A stretch of DNA of 64,000 nucleotides from Octopus bimaculoides (taxonomy: Eukaryota): contig NC_068982.1 in NCBI RefSeq assembly GCF_001194135.2, forward strand, positions 36,744,674 through 36,808,673. Direction: 5' to 3'. This document shows positions 25,854 through 39,515 of this stretch, piece by piece. How positions within the stretch are numbered: the first letter of the stretch is position 1; each line of letters starts with the position of its first letter. The notes under the pieces were generated by a model that was not told where the DNA came from, made no database searches, and saw only the letters and a program-made list of their open reading frames with translations. The translations under genes were made by a program, and so were the position numbers.

Positions 25854-26367
25854 CAGTTGATAATCCTTTTTATCTGGAATGTTTGGGACCAGATGTGTTT
25901 CAGTTTTTGTATTTGTTCAGTGTTCAGAATTGTATATTTGAAGCTATAAAATGAGACAACTTGGGTACAGGACCCAATCTAAATAAAGTTATCTGTTTAT
26001 GTTTTATAAAATGGTATGTAAGTATATACATGTATACACAGTATGCACGCAAGCACAAGCACACACAAACACATGCATGTACACACACACACCATGAAAA
26101 TAGTTCCATATAAATTTAGTACTTCCACAGGTATTGCATGTCATGTAACAGTTAGTTTCACTTTTCACCAAAACAAGCACCTAACACTTTCATATCAACT
26201 TGTCAACCTCATAAAACAGTTGCATGTCAGTTTTGGTTTCATTTTATCTTGACATACAACACTCCTATAAGAGAAAATATTTTCCGAATACTTTCAGAAA
26301 TTTTCCATTTGTGGCATTTTTCCCCACTCAAAAAGTTTGGGATTTTCAGATAAAGGATTATCAACTG
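25854..26367. mobile_element. Tigger/pogo-type MITE with about 23-bp TIRs and TA target duplication
   Basis: TA|cagttgataatcctttttatctggaa ... ttcagataaaggattatcaactg|TA. Confidence 0.85.
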
Positions 26368-26443
26368 TACTAAGCTTCTTTTGCCTGTATTTCTATTTCA
26401 CACAGTTTCATATTTCAACATGTTATCTTATCCTGTTTTTAGG

Positions 26444-26849
26444 TACAGGCATAGCTGTGTAGTTAAGAGGTTCATTTCTCAACTACTAGGTTTCAGGTTC
26501 AATTTCACTGCATGGCACCTTGGGCAAATGTCTTCTGCTATATCCCTGCATTAATTTGGTAGATGGAAACTGAAAGTATCTCATCATATATATATGTATA
26601 TCTTTCTTTGTATCTCTTTTTGTCTTGACATGACATGATAGTTATGAATGACCATCACTGTCATACAAGCAGTGTTATTCATTTCTCATCTTCTGTGAAT
26701 ACATGGCCAACATGGGGAAATATTATTTTGCTTGGGAGCAGGTAAGGGATGGAGACTGAAAAGATATTTGATTATAGAAGAATCTAATGAATTTCATCTG
26801 ACTCCTGCAAGCATGGAGAAATGGATGTTAAAAAGGTGATGATGATGAT
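26444..26849 (+). mobile_element. SINE family A head with tail type 2, ending in (GAT)n
   Basis: ggcatagctgtgtagttaag..ggttcaatttc..ggaaactgaaag, then tail 2 ending gcatggagaaatggatgttaaaaaggtgatgatgatg. Confidence 0.8.
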
Positions 26850-27463
26850 ATCCTATTGTGTTTCTATATGAAGAGGTTAACTTTGTTTTCATTGAACTGT
26901 TTAACTTCAGAGCTTTCCAACAAATTTCAAAAATAATTTTTTCATTAGAAAATACATCAATTTGGACCTTTATAATTAATAGAAAATTGTATTATTTTCC
27001 ATAATTAGTGACTGCTACATACAAGTCATATTCCTATTTATTTTTAATAACTTAGATTAGAATAATGTTCAGGTTAAAATAATGTTCTGTTTCTATTTCC
27101 TTTAGAAACACTGTTTTAAATTGTTTGGCTTGAATCTACTGATAGGTGCTCCAATTTATGTATGCATGCTTTTTCTGATAGATCTAACTCAAACATGCTG
27201 AGTTGAATTCGAATTCTTACACAGTTGCATAAAACATAACAAATATGGCAGCCGGTAACAGAGTTCTTAGTTTAGAGTGTATTGTTATTCACTTTGGTTG
27301 CATTCTTACATGCATATTGAAATATGAGTGCATGCATTTGCATGCACAAGAAAAATTAACAGCNNNNNNNNNNNNNNNNNNNNNNNNNNNNNNNNNNNNN
27401 NNNNNNNNNNNNNNNNNNNNNNNNNNNNNNNNNNNNNNNNNNNNNNNNNNNNNNNNNNNNNNN

Positions 27464-27960
27464 AAGAGTAAATTTATTCAATAAAATTGCCATTGGCTTC
27501 AACCATGGCCTCCTTGTTTAAGTTGATGAATGCTGCCATAATCTTTGTCCCCAGTTCATCTTTGGTGTTACAAGGAGATTTGTTGGTCTCTCGCACAGCT
27601 TGCACCTCACACATAATAATCAAGGGGGCTGCAGGCTGGAGAGTTAGGTGCCCAGAATTTAGGGGTGATGTGGTTGCAGAAATTGTTTGACAGCCATGCC
27701 TCCTCCAAGCACATGATGTAGGCATAACATCATCATCATCACTAGTGATCACTCCAAACAGCATAATAACTGGATTTTAGCAATCTCAGTACATCTCCTC
27801 ACATTGCACTGTCCTCAGATCGACACCAAAACACTCTGAAATGTTCGTATTGGAGCTTCTGGTGTGAATGCCAAGCAGTACAGCATGTCATTTCCAAATT
27901 TCTGGAAGAGTAAATTGCATCATGGTGCTTTTTTTCTCGCAGACAGTGCCCAGTTGACCC
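27464..27960 (-). mobile_element. maT/DD37D-like (Bmmar1-type) Tc1/mariner element, internally deleted
   Basis: C-terminus AVRETNKSPCNTKDEL..IMAAFINLNKE..VEANGNFIE* plus FGVITSD. N-terminus MMQFTLPEF..HAVLLGI..SNTNISECFGVDLRTVQ is joined by a large deletion. Confidence 0.8.
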
Positions 27961-28055
27961 TACTATACTATATAGTTGACAAAATCAAAAACAAACAATG
28001 CTAATGCATGAAATTATAAATTTGAAATGGCAACAATTTGCCCATCGCACCCTGC

Positions 28056-28107
<52 letters not shown>

Positions 28108-28916
28108 CCACACACTTTCATTAGTTCTGTCCACTAGTTTATGCAGTATTTTTATTAATATTCTTTTTGTCATTAATCTACTACAAAAGCAAATTTTTAT
28201 GATGTTTCATTTCCATTTAGCTATCAGATATGCTTCCTATTCAATATATTTTCTGTGCTTCTATTCTCTTCTAACATGTACAATAACTTGCAGGAATTTA
28301 TAAGTACTTTTGTCATTTTGTTGATTTTTCTTATCTTAAATATATTCATTTTGCTTTAACTTCCTAAGTACAGTAGAACTTCTTTGTCATGTGTGTGTGT
28401 ATGTTTATATAACATTACTGACATACAAGCAGTATTATTTGCCATCTTCCATGAAAATGTGCAGCCATAGTGTTGGTCATGTTCAAAGTGACTAGGGGAA
28501 ATATTTGCTTGAAAATGGGTGAGACTTGCTGACAAAAAGGTCTTCTGGCAGCAAATGTTAATGTGATGATGGTATACACACACACACACACACACACTCT
28601 CCCTCTCTCTCCCTCCCTCTCTCTCCCCCTCTCTCTCCTCCTCTATCCCTCCCTCTCTGGTCAAAATAATACTGATGATGACAGTTCCTTCATTAAATTA
28701 TTCTTAACAAAACTGTATAAAATTATTTTACTTTTTACAGTTTATGTAGATATTTTTTCTCTTTCGAATGATATAGGCTTTATATATCTTTCTACAATTT
28801 GAATAATTTCATGTGTAATTAATTCAAATAATTAAAAATTGTTGGCAAAATAAGTTTAAGACCATACCAACATTATTTTAATACATACAGTTCTATATTT
28901 AAGAGATGAGGAATTA

Positions 28917-29287
28917 TGTACATTATTTACATTATTTACAATTGACAGATATTTGTCCTCATCTTGTTTGTTGTTAACACAACATTTCAGCTGATACACC
29001 CTCCAGCCTTCATCAGGTGTCTTGGGGAAATTTCTCATTCCTAAGGTATGTTATTATTATTATTATTATTCTGGTCACTGCCTGGAATCGAACTCGGAAT
29101 CTTGACACTCTCAACCCCAAGATTCCAAGTTCGATTCCAGGCAGTGACCAGAATAATAATAATAATAACAATAACAACAGCAACATACCTTAGGAATGAG
29201 AAATTTCCCCAAGACACCTGATGAAGGCTGGAGGGTATATCAGCTGAAACGATGAGGACAAATATCCGTCAAATGTAAATAATGTAC
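28917..29287. repeat. Long fold-back (about 170-bp arms, 13-nt spacer) of a Penelope-pLTR-like unit with hammerhead-like core and tRNA B-box
   Basis: Arms mirror from tgtacattatttaca to ggaatcttg and from caagattcc to tgtaaataatgtaca; B-box GTTCGATTCC at 29129-29138. Confidence 0.9.
28976..29021 (-). ncRNA. Type I minimal hammerhead-ribozyme-like motif (left arm)
   Basis: GACAC-CUGAUGA-A-GGCUG(GAGGGUGUAU)CAGCU-GAAA-UGU-U-GUGUU. Stem I GACAC/GUGUU and stem II GGCUG/CAGCU pair. Stem III AUGU corresponds to ACGU in the right arm (GAAACG). Confidence 0.65.
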
Positions 29288-29344
29288 AACATTATTTTGT
29301 TTAAATTGAAAATTTTCAGCACAAATGATCAATGAACAAAAATT

Positions 29345-30238
<894 letters not shown>

Positions 30239-30264
30239 TGGGATCAGTGTGTGTGTGCATATAC

Positions 30265-30307
30265 ACATATATGTATGTATGTATGCATGCATGCAAGTAT
30301 GTATGTA

Positions 30308-30351
<44 letters not shown>

Positions 30352-30801
30352 CGTTTGTGTGTATGTATTCTGCATATTCTTGTGTTTGTGTGTTTTTATG
30401 TGTGTGAGTACCTTTGTCTTCTTGTGTGTGCATGTCTGAATATGTCTCTGTGTATGGGTTTTTGTGACTATGTACTGTGTCTATGTATGGTTGTGTATCT
30501 CCATACGTGTGGATGTGTGTCTTCATATGTGTCCTTGTGTGAAGTGAAGTGTGTATGTGTGCTTGTCTGTTCATATTACCTATGTGCCTATCCGTCTGTA
30601 TGTCTGTTTACTTTCATATCCATTTACCTACATACNNNNNNNNNNNNNNNNNNNNNNNNNNNNNNNNNNNNNNNNNNNNNNNNNNNNNNNNNNNNNNNNN
30701 NNNNNNNNNNNNNNNNNNNNNNNNNNNNNNNNNNNNNNNNNNNNNNNNNNNNNNNNNNNNNNNNNNNNNNNNNNNNNNNNNNNNNNNNNNNNNNNNNNNN
30801 N

Positions 30802-30833
<32 letters not shown>

Positions 30834-31160
30834 TGTATGTAGGCAAATGGATATGAAAGTAAACAGACATACAGACAGATAGGTACATAGGTAATATGAA
30901 CAGACAAGCACACATACACACTTCACTTCACACAAGGACACATATGGCGACACACATCCACGCAAATGAACATACAGACACAGTACATAGTCATAAAAAC
31001 CCGTACACACACACACATAGACACACTCAGACATGCACACACAAAGACAAAGATACATACACACAATCACATGAATATGCAGAATACATACATACAAATG
31101 TACACACACACATATACACACACACATACATGCATACACACACTTGCATACATATATGTA
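30265..31160. repeat. Imperfect inverted repeat (about 330-370-bp arms) of microsatellite-derived sequence around an N gap
   Basis: gtgtatgtgtgcttgtctgttcatattacctatgtgcctatccgtctg is mirrored by cagacagataggtacataggtaatatgaacagacaagcacatacac. The arms differ by scattered substitutions. Confidence 0.85.
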
Positions 31161-31164
31161 TGCA

Positions 31165-31488
31165 ATGTTTTCCCTCTTTCTCAAAGGCTGTCATTACTTT
31201 CGAGACAGTACTTCTTGATACACCAAACATTTCTGCTGTTTAAATTATGCTAGCACCTGCTATACAAGCACCAACAATTTGACTTCTTTGAAAGTCCGAT
31301 AGATCTGTCATTTTAATGAATTTTAATTACCTTTTTCGGATGATATCTGAAAAGAAACAGCAATTTTAGCAAAACATATTAAACAACACTAATAATAAAT
31401 GAAAAATCAAAAATAAACAAGCCTTATAGATATTTCAAAATTATGATGCTATGATGCTAGGTGTTTCCATTATTTTGTCCAACCCCTG
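31165..31488 (-). mobile_element. Tc1 element 5' end with TIR and transposase N-terminus
   Basis: TA|caggggttggacaaaataatggaaacac TIR. ATG at 31311 gives MTDLSDFQRSQIVGACIAGAS..FGVSRSTVSKVMTAFEKEGK (HTH). Confidence 0.88.
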
Positions 31489-32049
31489 TATGTATATTTA
31501 TATATGTGTTTGTGTGTACATTTTTCTCTTTATCTCGACATATTTGTGCTAATTGTAAATAACAGTCAGTGTTAATACAAATGGCATCAACTTGTCTGTA
31601 CATCCCCATGAAGGGACATCTGGGGTGTTCATTGCTCAATAGATGAAGAATGACCTTATTCTGTGGAATAAAATGATATCCCATAGTTGAAAACAGGTAA
31701 GGGTTAGCGAAAAGAAGGGCATCTTGCAGTCAGAAATCCCACTCCTAATGAAATATAAATCCAAACCCAAGCCAGCATAGAAAAATGGATGCTAAATGAG
31801 TTAACAAATACATAAATGACAACTAAACACAGAAATAAAATAAAAGTGTGTGTAAATAAATGTAAACTTACTTTGGTGTGGCAGATTGTTCAGCATGCAG
31901 GGAGGAGAGAGAGGAGGAGAGAGAGGAGGAGAGAGAGGAGGATATTAATGAGAGGGGGAAGGAGAAGTGTTGTCTTCCTGGTCATCTTTTGTGCTGGTTC
32001 TTCAGTGGGAGTTCAACAATTCTGCTACAGTTGAAGTTTGCCTTATCTT

Positions 32050-33495
32050 CTTTGTAAAAAAATCACAACCAGGGTTCACTGTTTTAACTTGGATTTCTGT
32101 ACTTTCCAAAAGTTGGACATCACTGTCTCATTGAAGTGATTCGGGCTCATCTCCGCAGCAGCTATGTCAGTGTGAAATTCCTTGGCCAGTTTAGAGATTT
32201 TATTCCAACAAGAGAACGATTCTCTAAGACACTCACTTGGAATAGTCTTCATTCTTACCAGTTTATAACCAGGAAACAGTGCAGTCTTTACACCTCTACT
32301 TCTTCTTTGCAAAACTGTACCAACATCTCAGTGGTGAGTTCATTCCACGGCTCTGGCACCAACTCTTCAGTATTCTTGCATCCTCCTTCAGCCCCATGAA
32401 ATTGCCCAGACAGACAATTTCTTGCATTTCAGGTTCTTCTTTCACTTTCTCAAAGCCTTCAAAGTCTCTTGGAAGCACAGTTTCAGGCCACAATGGTCTC
32501 CAAGCAGCAGATAAACAACATACTGAAACCTCCATCCAAGATCATACAATCATTAGCACAGCATCAGCAATATTAAACTTACTTTTCCGAAATTCCTTCA
32601 GTGTCTCACCTCTGGAAGAAATGATCCCAAAATATTTTCTAAAGAGCACCTTCATATATAGTGTTTTTTAAAATTGGAAATTATCTGCTACTCCAAGGGC
32701 TGGAAAAGAGAAGGTGTATTGAGAGGTAGGAATTGCACTGTTCTGGCAATGGGTCCATCAAATAATGAGAATGGACTGGGACATTACCCATGACTAAAAG
32801 GGCTTTGAGGGCAAGGTTATTGTCTCTGAGTTACTGGCACACAGTAGGATAAAACACCTCAGACATCCCTGGTCACCCAAGCATTTTGGTTCTACTGCCA
32901 CAAAACATCAAGACAGTTCTTGAGAATGTTCCTGAATGATCTGATCTGAGGAAGTTTTACCTTATATTCCAAGAAGTATCCACACAAAGAAGTAAGATTA
33001 GCCAGTCTTTCACCACTGAACTCTCAGCACTGAACTCTCCTTCTTCATGATATATGTGCTATGAAGCATCTTTTTCCCCAAAGCCCCCCCCCCCCATATT
33101 TCATCATAGTTGAACACCTTTTGTGAAACAGTCATTCTTCTTAAGGTTTTAAAACACAATGATCTAAAGACCATCAAATTGTTTGGCTTTTGCACAAATT
33201 ATTGATTCACTTATACTATCACAAGCAATATCTTTCTTTAATCCATGCCAAAAGTAAATTTTCCATTTCTGCAATAGAGTTGTAATGAGATTTACTAAGT
33301 TTAGTTCTTCCCTTAGCCAGCTGAAAACTTTTTAATTTATACTTGTTTTTCAGTAGTATTGTGCAGACTGTTTATCTTGCTGTTGTATACTGCGAACTAA
33401 GTTTGTTAATACTTGTTCCATTTTCATGTTTAGATATTTCCTTCTTAGTTTCTATGGTAACTGATTTTCTTACTCACTTCTGTCGATCCATTATG
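32050..33495 (-). pseudogene. Tigger (pogo-family) transposase, near full length, degenerate
   Basis: VTIETKKEISKHENG, TVCTILLKNK, MENLLLAWIKE (CENP-B-like HTH); VFNYDE, KDWLILLLC, NAWVTR, VQFLPLNT..QP..QIISNFKK, AWRPLWPETVLPRDFEGFE, EIVCLGNFMGL. Confidence 0.88.
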
Positions 33496-36400
33496 CTTTT
33501 AGGAAAAAAATAGAAATATTATTTTCTATATGGAATATGAAAATTTGCAAGCTATGTAAATACATACATATAAGTTAATGGACCATCTGTACATACTCTC
33601 CCAGCTACTTATATATGAGTGTAGTCTACTTGTGGCTATGCTCTCATGCATAGTCATGTTGTTTAAATTTGTACTAATTTTAAAGTCTGTTTTTAAACTA
33701 TTTTTAAGCCATTTAAATTGATACAACTTCTGCAATAGATTTTCTGCAAAAATATGAAAAGTTTGGTTGAGAAGAACACTTTAGATGAGTTTTTACTCTT
33801 CATTTTTGAAGTTTGGTCAGTTCAAGTTTTTCTAAGCGATAAACCTTTCTCTTTAAACTTCCAGCCATGACTCCATTTCAAAATTTTCAAAACAATTACT
33901 CATGTTATTTTAGAAATAAATTTTCAACATCAGTTATTCTATATTTGTTACTATTGTAAGAATATGTACATAAAAAGAAACAATTAATCATCCTTCATGA
34001 AGATATCAACACATGGTTCCTTCTCTGATAAACTTTTAAGAATTATTTTTTCTAGTAATTGTTTGTTGCTTTAAAATGAATAAATGTTACAATAAAAGAT
34101 CACTAGTATTAAATTGTAAATGACATGGACAACCTTCCGGTACCTTTTCAAGCACCTTGGTCCGCTTGGAAATTTATGAAACTGCTTCTTTTACCAATTG
34201 GGAACAGTGTTTTTTAATTGTAAACTAATTTACATTTCCTGTTTTGTGTGTTTGACAACTTTTATTTTCTGGAATTGTGCAAAGTTTCTTGACATCAGTA
34301 CATTTCAATATTGATTTCTTAACACAAGCTCAGTTTTCATTTATTTATTTATTTGATGGTGGGTTATAGTAGATTATATGTACCTGAGTACTTGATTGGT
34401 ACTTTATTTTACCAATCCTGGGTAGATGAAAATCAGAGTTTACCTTGGTGAGATTTGAACTCAGAATTTAAAGGGCCATAATTACTTCAAAGTAAATGGC
34501 CAGCACTCTTCTGATTCTACTGATCTACTGCAATATCTAGATATTAAAGACATATATTCCTTACTATCTGAACAGAATTTCATTTTTAAAAATTAATGTG
34601 ACAGTACTAATAACATCATTGACTGAAGCACTTCATACACTAGGCAAAGAAGCATTCTTTTGAAAAGAAAAATGGAAAATATTTTTTTAATGTTTTAACT
34701 TAGTTTCACTATGTGAATTTTTCATTTTTATTTGTTCAGTTTCCTTAGAGCTAGGTTGAATCAGAATCCCCTTATGTACTAGCAATTTCTCATCCATTTT
34801 AATATCCGTGAAAGCAATAGTGCTTTCCTTGTCTTCAACAAAACCTCATGCAAGAACCTCCCAGTTAAGATGTCTGCCTTAGCGCTCTCTCTCTTATCCC
34901 ACTAGGATTGGCGTTTCCTTACAGCATTCATTACTGAGACTCTTTCTGTCTCACAGTCTATAAACTATAATTTGTTCTAAATCACAGTTACAGTTCTTGT
35001 GTTCTTCCTTCTGTATGTTAATTACCTTCCTGCTGTTACTTTTAACAACACACATTCCTCTACAAGTAATATCACCTTTCAATCCTCTATTATAACCTTC
35101 CTAATCAGGGCCAGAAAATGCTTTAGTCTTGGACAGGTGATAACCTTTTACAAAGCACATATATGATTCTTATCAAAGTACTACTCAGTGGTACTGTTAC
35201 ATTAATATTCTAGACCACATTTTCCAAAAGTCAGAAGTTAGCTTAAGAGCATACTGTTTGAAGGTAATAGATAAAGTATGTTGAAAGCCTTTTAATGGCA
35301 TTCATATGATTTCTAAACATCTTGAGGTCAATACAATATTTCTTATATTATGAAGGCAAATTTCTGTTCCAGCAACTAGTTCCTTTATGTAATCTTTGTT
35401 TATATTACTTAATAGAGATTATGCTGATTTCCTCTGAAGCAAGTTTTCACCATTCTATATAGCAATTGGTATTCATAAAATAAAAGAATCAATTACATTA
35501 ACAGAACTGTCACAGTCATTTCCATGTTAGGATTTGTTCAACAAGTCTAATCATATATGAGATCATTGTAACTATGTGATTTAGTAGCATAGCATTTCTT
35601 GTCCCTAAACATTGAATACCATGAAATTACTGTCTTTAATGTTAGATATTTATAGGGAATGTGATTGAAGGTATAAAGGGTATCTGCAAAAGGGAGAAAA
35701 TAAAGCATTGAATTTTCTTTCTATTGACACAAATGTTAATTCTCAACTCAGATCAATTTCTAGAATGATTAAAAAGTAAAAGAATTTAATCTTATAGTGT
35801 TAGGTAGAATGATTCCAAGTTAGGCATTTGTGTGCTTATTGTAATAAAATATTTACAAACTACTGAGATTTTTTTGTAATGTGAGCAATTCAGTGAGATG
35901 TAAACAATGTTGGCCAAACTGTTGCTAAGTAAAAGAATTTTTTTAAAAAGTTATTTTGCTTTTATTAACGCCTGTCTTAATTAGTTATTGTGAACAAACC
36001 ATGTAATTTGGGGAAATAAAGTAAATATATATCACATTGTTAGCTTTTTAAAAGAATGCATATCTTGCTTTGTCAGTGGGTGTACAAAGAGAGTTAAATT
36101 GCTTAGTAGAAAGTGTATAGTAGAATAGTTGAAACAAGTTTTTCCTTTCGACCACAGCTTTTTTTAGCATATTAGATGATTCATCAGATTTTCACATTTG
36201 CAACCAGATGTATTTCTTAATGATAAACTCAACTATCAATTATGAATAGTGTCTAATTTTCAATTATATGAAGCAATACTTTGCTGTTGGTCACTAAATA
36301 ATTCAACAGGAAATATATTGCTTGCTTTTGTTGACACAGCTGAAAAATATTCCATTTCCATTACATGCTTGATTAATATCAGAAAAAAAAATCATTTACT

Positions 36401-37559
36401 GTCAGTATAGACAAATCAATCTCATTCACTTTTATCTTTTCTTTTGCATAACTATATTCAATTCCATTTTTTCCCCATTTAATTTCCATTATCTTTTCTT
36501 CGGAAGAATTTTTTTAGATGGTATTTTAGCTTGAGCCTATTTCTAACATGGATAATTGAATTTCTTCTGCTATGGAAGATCTATTATGTAGTTAAAATGT
36601 ACATGATGACTTTGGAACTTAATCTAATGTATTTCAAAAACTGACTTTAGGTTTGTTTCCCCACCCACCCTGGAGAAGTCTTTTATGGAATTTGTGATTA
36701 GAGCAGTTTATCAATTGTTTCTACAAAACATCATTTGTTTATTTTGGTCAAGTTCTTTATCTTTCATCTTTCACTTGTTTCAGTCATTTAGACTGTGGCC
36801 ATGCTAACTTCATCTTTAATGGTTTTTATGTAATATATACTTTTTCTTATTTAAACTAAATGTAAATTTTGGTTACTTTTTCAAACTTTTAAAAAATTAC
36901 TTATTCTTTCACTAATTTTAGTCTCTGGACTCTGGCCAAGCTGAAGTACTACTTTCTACATCAGTTATCAACAGTCTCTTTTTGTAAAGGCTCATTTTAA
37001 ACTTTTTCACATTCAACCATGGACCACATCCTATATATGGACATATCTTTATGTCTCTCCCTTTTCATGAAAAGACTCTCTAAAAGCCCTAATACATTAA
37101 ATTTGAAAATTTTTTTAGAAAAGGCTTGAGGCTCATAGAAAACAGTTCCATCACTTGTCAGTGTGTTGTGGCCTACCAGTTACTAACCTCTGTTTTTGGA
37201 TATTGTCGACTGCATCATCATTCCCAGTGTTGTTTTATTGAGTGAGAAGCATGAAAGACAAAGTTGCTTTGGAATAAAGAAGTTGAAGATATTTTTTTGT
37301 TCTTTAAGTACCAGTATTAGCTCATAGTTCTGTATTTTGCTTTCCAAGATTCATATGGGATTTTAAAGTTATGTGTCAGTAATAAAATCAAATTAATAAA
37401 AAAAAAATTATACAAAAGAAACTCATAAGAATTTCCCCCCCAAGGATGCATTATTTTTAAATTGCATACATTTTAAAAATAAACAAAGCATATTTAATAT
37501 AATTGATCATTGACAGTGTGAAAATTTTGTTTCAGTATTCATTACTTTGTTTGTAGTTT

Positions 37560-38180
37560 AGCCACTTTGATCACACATCTGATTGAGCAAGATGTATGAT
37601 CAACAGTATTCCATCTGTGGCCATTGCATCATTTTCTTTTCAGACATAATATATTTTGGATTACCTATTTTTAGTGGGTCAAGTAACAATGTAGAGACTT
37701 AAATGTTGGGTTGATATTCATTATATTGCAAGACTTGATCCATCAGTTTGCAACCTCTGTGATTGCACCTCTTAAGTGCACTCTTTGCTGTCAATGATAA
37801 TGTATTAGCTTCTTATTTAAACAAGTAATCTAATGCAAGAAGTACATTTTGATGCTTTTAACATTTCAGTGACTATACCTGATGAACCCACATCTTTCTT
37901 TTGTCATTTCCTTGATTGCCTTGCTAACCTCAGTAAGTTTAATTTGGGGTACATTTTTTGCTGTGGTGTTGATACTCTTCATTAAGAAACATTTCATAAT
38001 CATACTTTCATGCTTCTTCCTCTTCTCTGACACATGCCTAAGAATACTCTCCTTCCAATCTGAAGCACTTGAAGCTTTTGATCCTCATCATAGCAAATCT
38101 CTTACTAACATCATATTTATAAGAAAACCTGTGTCTGCTTTCAACTTGTCTTTCTAAGCCTGCTGCTGAACATTCATAAC
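37560..38180 (-). pseudogene. Old RTE LINE RT N-terminal fragment
   Basis: Minus strand across frameshifts: EVSKAIKEM, GSSGIVTEMLKAS, CNHRGCKLMDQV, resembling RTE GPSGIxAEMLKA..NYRGLKLxDQV. Confidence 0.6.
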
Positions 38181-38249
38181 CTTATCCACACTCTGTTCCA
38201 TTGCTATGGTACCTGGGTAATGATCTTGTTCCATCCAAGGAACTAGTCA

Positions 38250-38960
38250 GAGACTTGAAGCAGGTTTCCTTTTGGAATGCTATTCTATCATTTAATTTTT
38301 TTTTAATTGAAGAGTAAAAGTACCCTTGATTTTTGCAAAACTTCCCAGACTCATGATATTTGATGTAGCTGATAATCAGTTTGAACATTTGTAAGTCAAT
38401 GTCTGAAGAAAAGATATTGAAGGAGTTTAGTAGAATTCCAGATTGCAATTTGAGGAAGAAAAGATTATACAGTGTTTTGTAGAGGATCTCAGTAGGATTT
38501 CAAGAGTAAAAGAGATGGATGGTCTAGGTAGATGGCTATGTAGTAGCCAGCTAGTATAGAAGAGTAGAGATCATTATAGTTGTATTAGATGAGACAGAGA
38601 GCGGAAACGATATGGCTGTGAAGTAGTGCTTAAAACATGTTTGCTCCATGCATTTGAGCATTGCAAAGAGTTAGTAATCGATTTGGATGACATATCTGAG
38701 AAGAATCATAGTCTTTATGATGCAGTGTTGTTATATTGGTGGCATCGCTAAGAGAGATCACCATAAATTGTGATGCTTAGCATTTGTAACAACTTTGAGG
38801 ATTTGAATTGTGTCTTGATCATAATGTGAATGAGATACAAAACTGTTTTGTTGGAGCTTTGGATTTCCATTGTTCATAAAGGTAGTGCAAAGTCAGTCTG
38901 AAGTGTTTAGGTTGTATGCAGAAGGTTGAGGAGAAGTGAAGAATGGTATTAACTATATTA
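38250..38960 (-). pseudogene. Highly decayed CR1/L2-like LINE 3' fragment
   Basis: Scattered residues (LLTLCNAQ; serine/leucine-rich 3' region) resemble the CR1/L2 C-terminus; many stops. Confidence 0.35.
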
Positions 38961-39436
38961 CTACACAAAGCTTGCTTCACTGTCTTAGAAAGAAAATCTC
39001 ACTAAGTTCACAATAGAGAACATTCTTTCTTTATAAAGCTTCCCAATAATTCAATATTGAGTGGATTTTAGAAACTGTAAAGTTCTTCATATATATTTTA
39101 TTTTGCTGATTACAGTGCACAGTCATATAGTACAGGTACTGATAAAATTATATTCAGTAAATTTTTCAAAACTAGGCAATTTGCCAATGGGTTTATGATA
39201 AGTTTTTAAGTTAATGCAAATTACTTAGTATACAAATTGAAAGTCATCTTAGCCCTTTTTTATGATGTGTTTGTGTATAGATTATCACTTCAGCCCACTT
39301 TAATATATTAACCATTTGAATACAAAACCTAGTAGAGTTTCTACACTAAAGAAGGCACAACTATTTATACAGATATGGAAAGGAATAAGGTGTTCTTACT
39401 TAAAATTTTGTAATATATATATATGAATAGATCAAA

Positions 39437-39515
<79 letters not shown>

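Noticed and set aside
34750-35200. Possible ancient LINE endonuclease remnant
   Set aside because: Only vague compositional resemblance on the minus strand, with no alignable motif.
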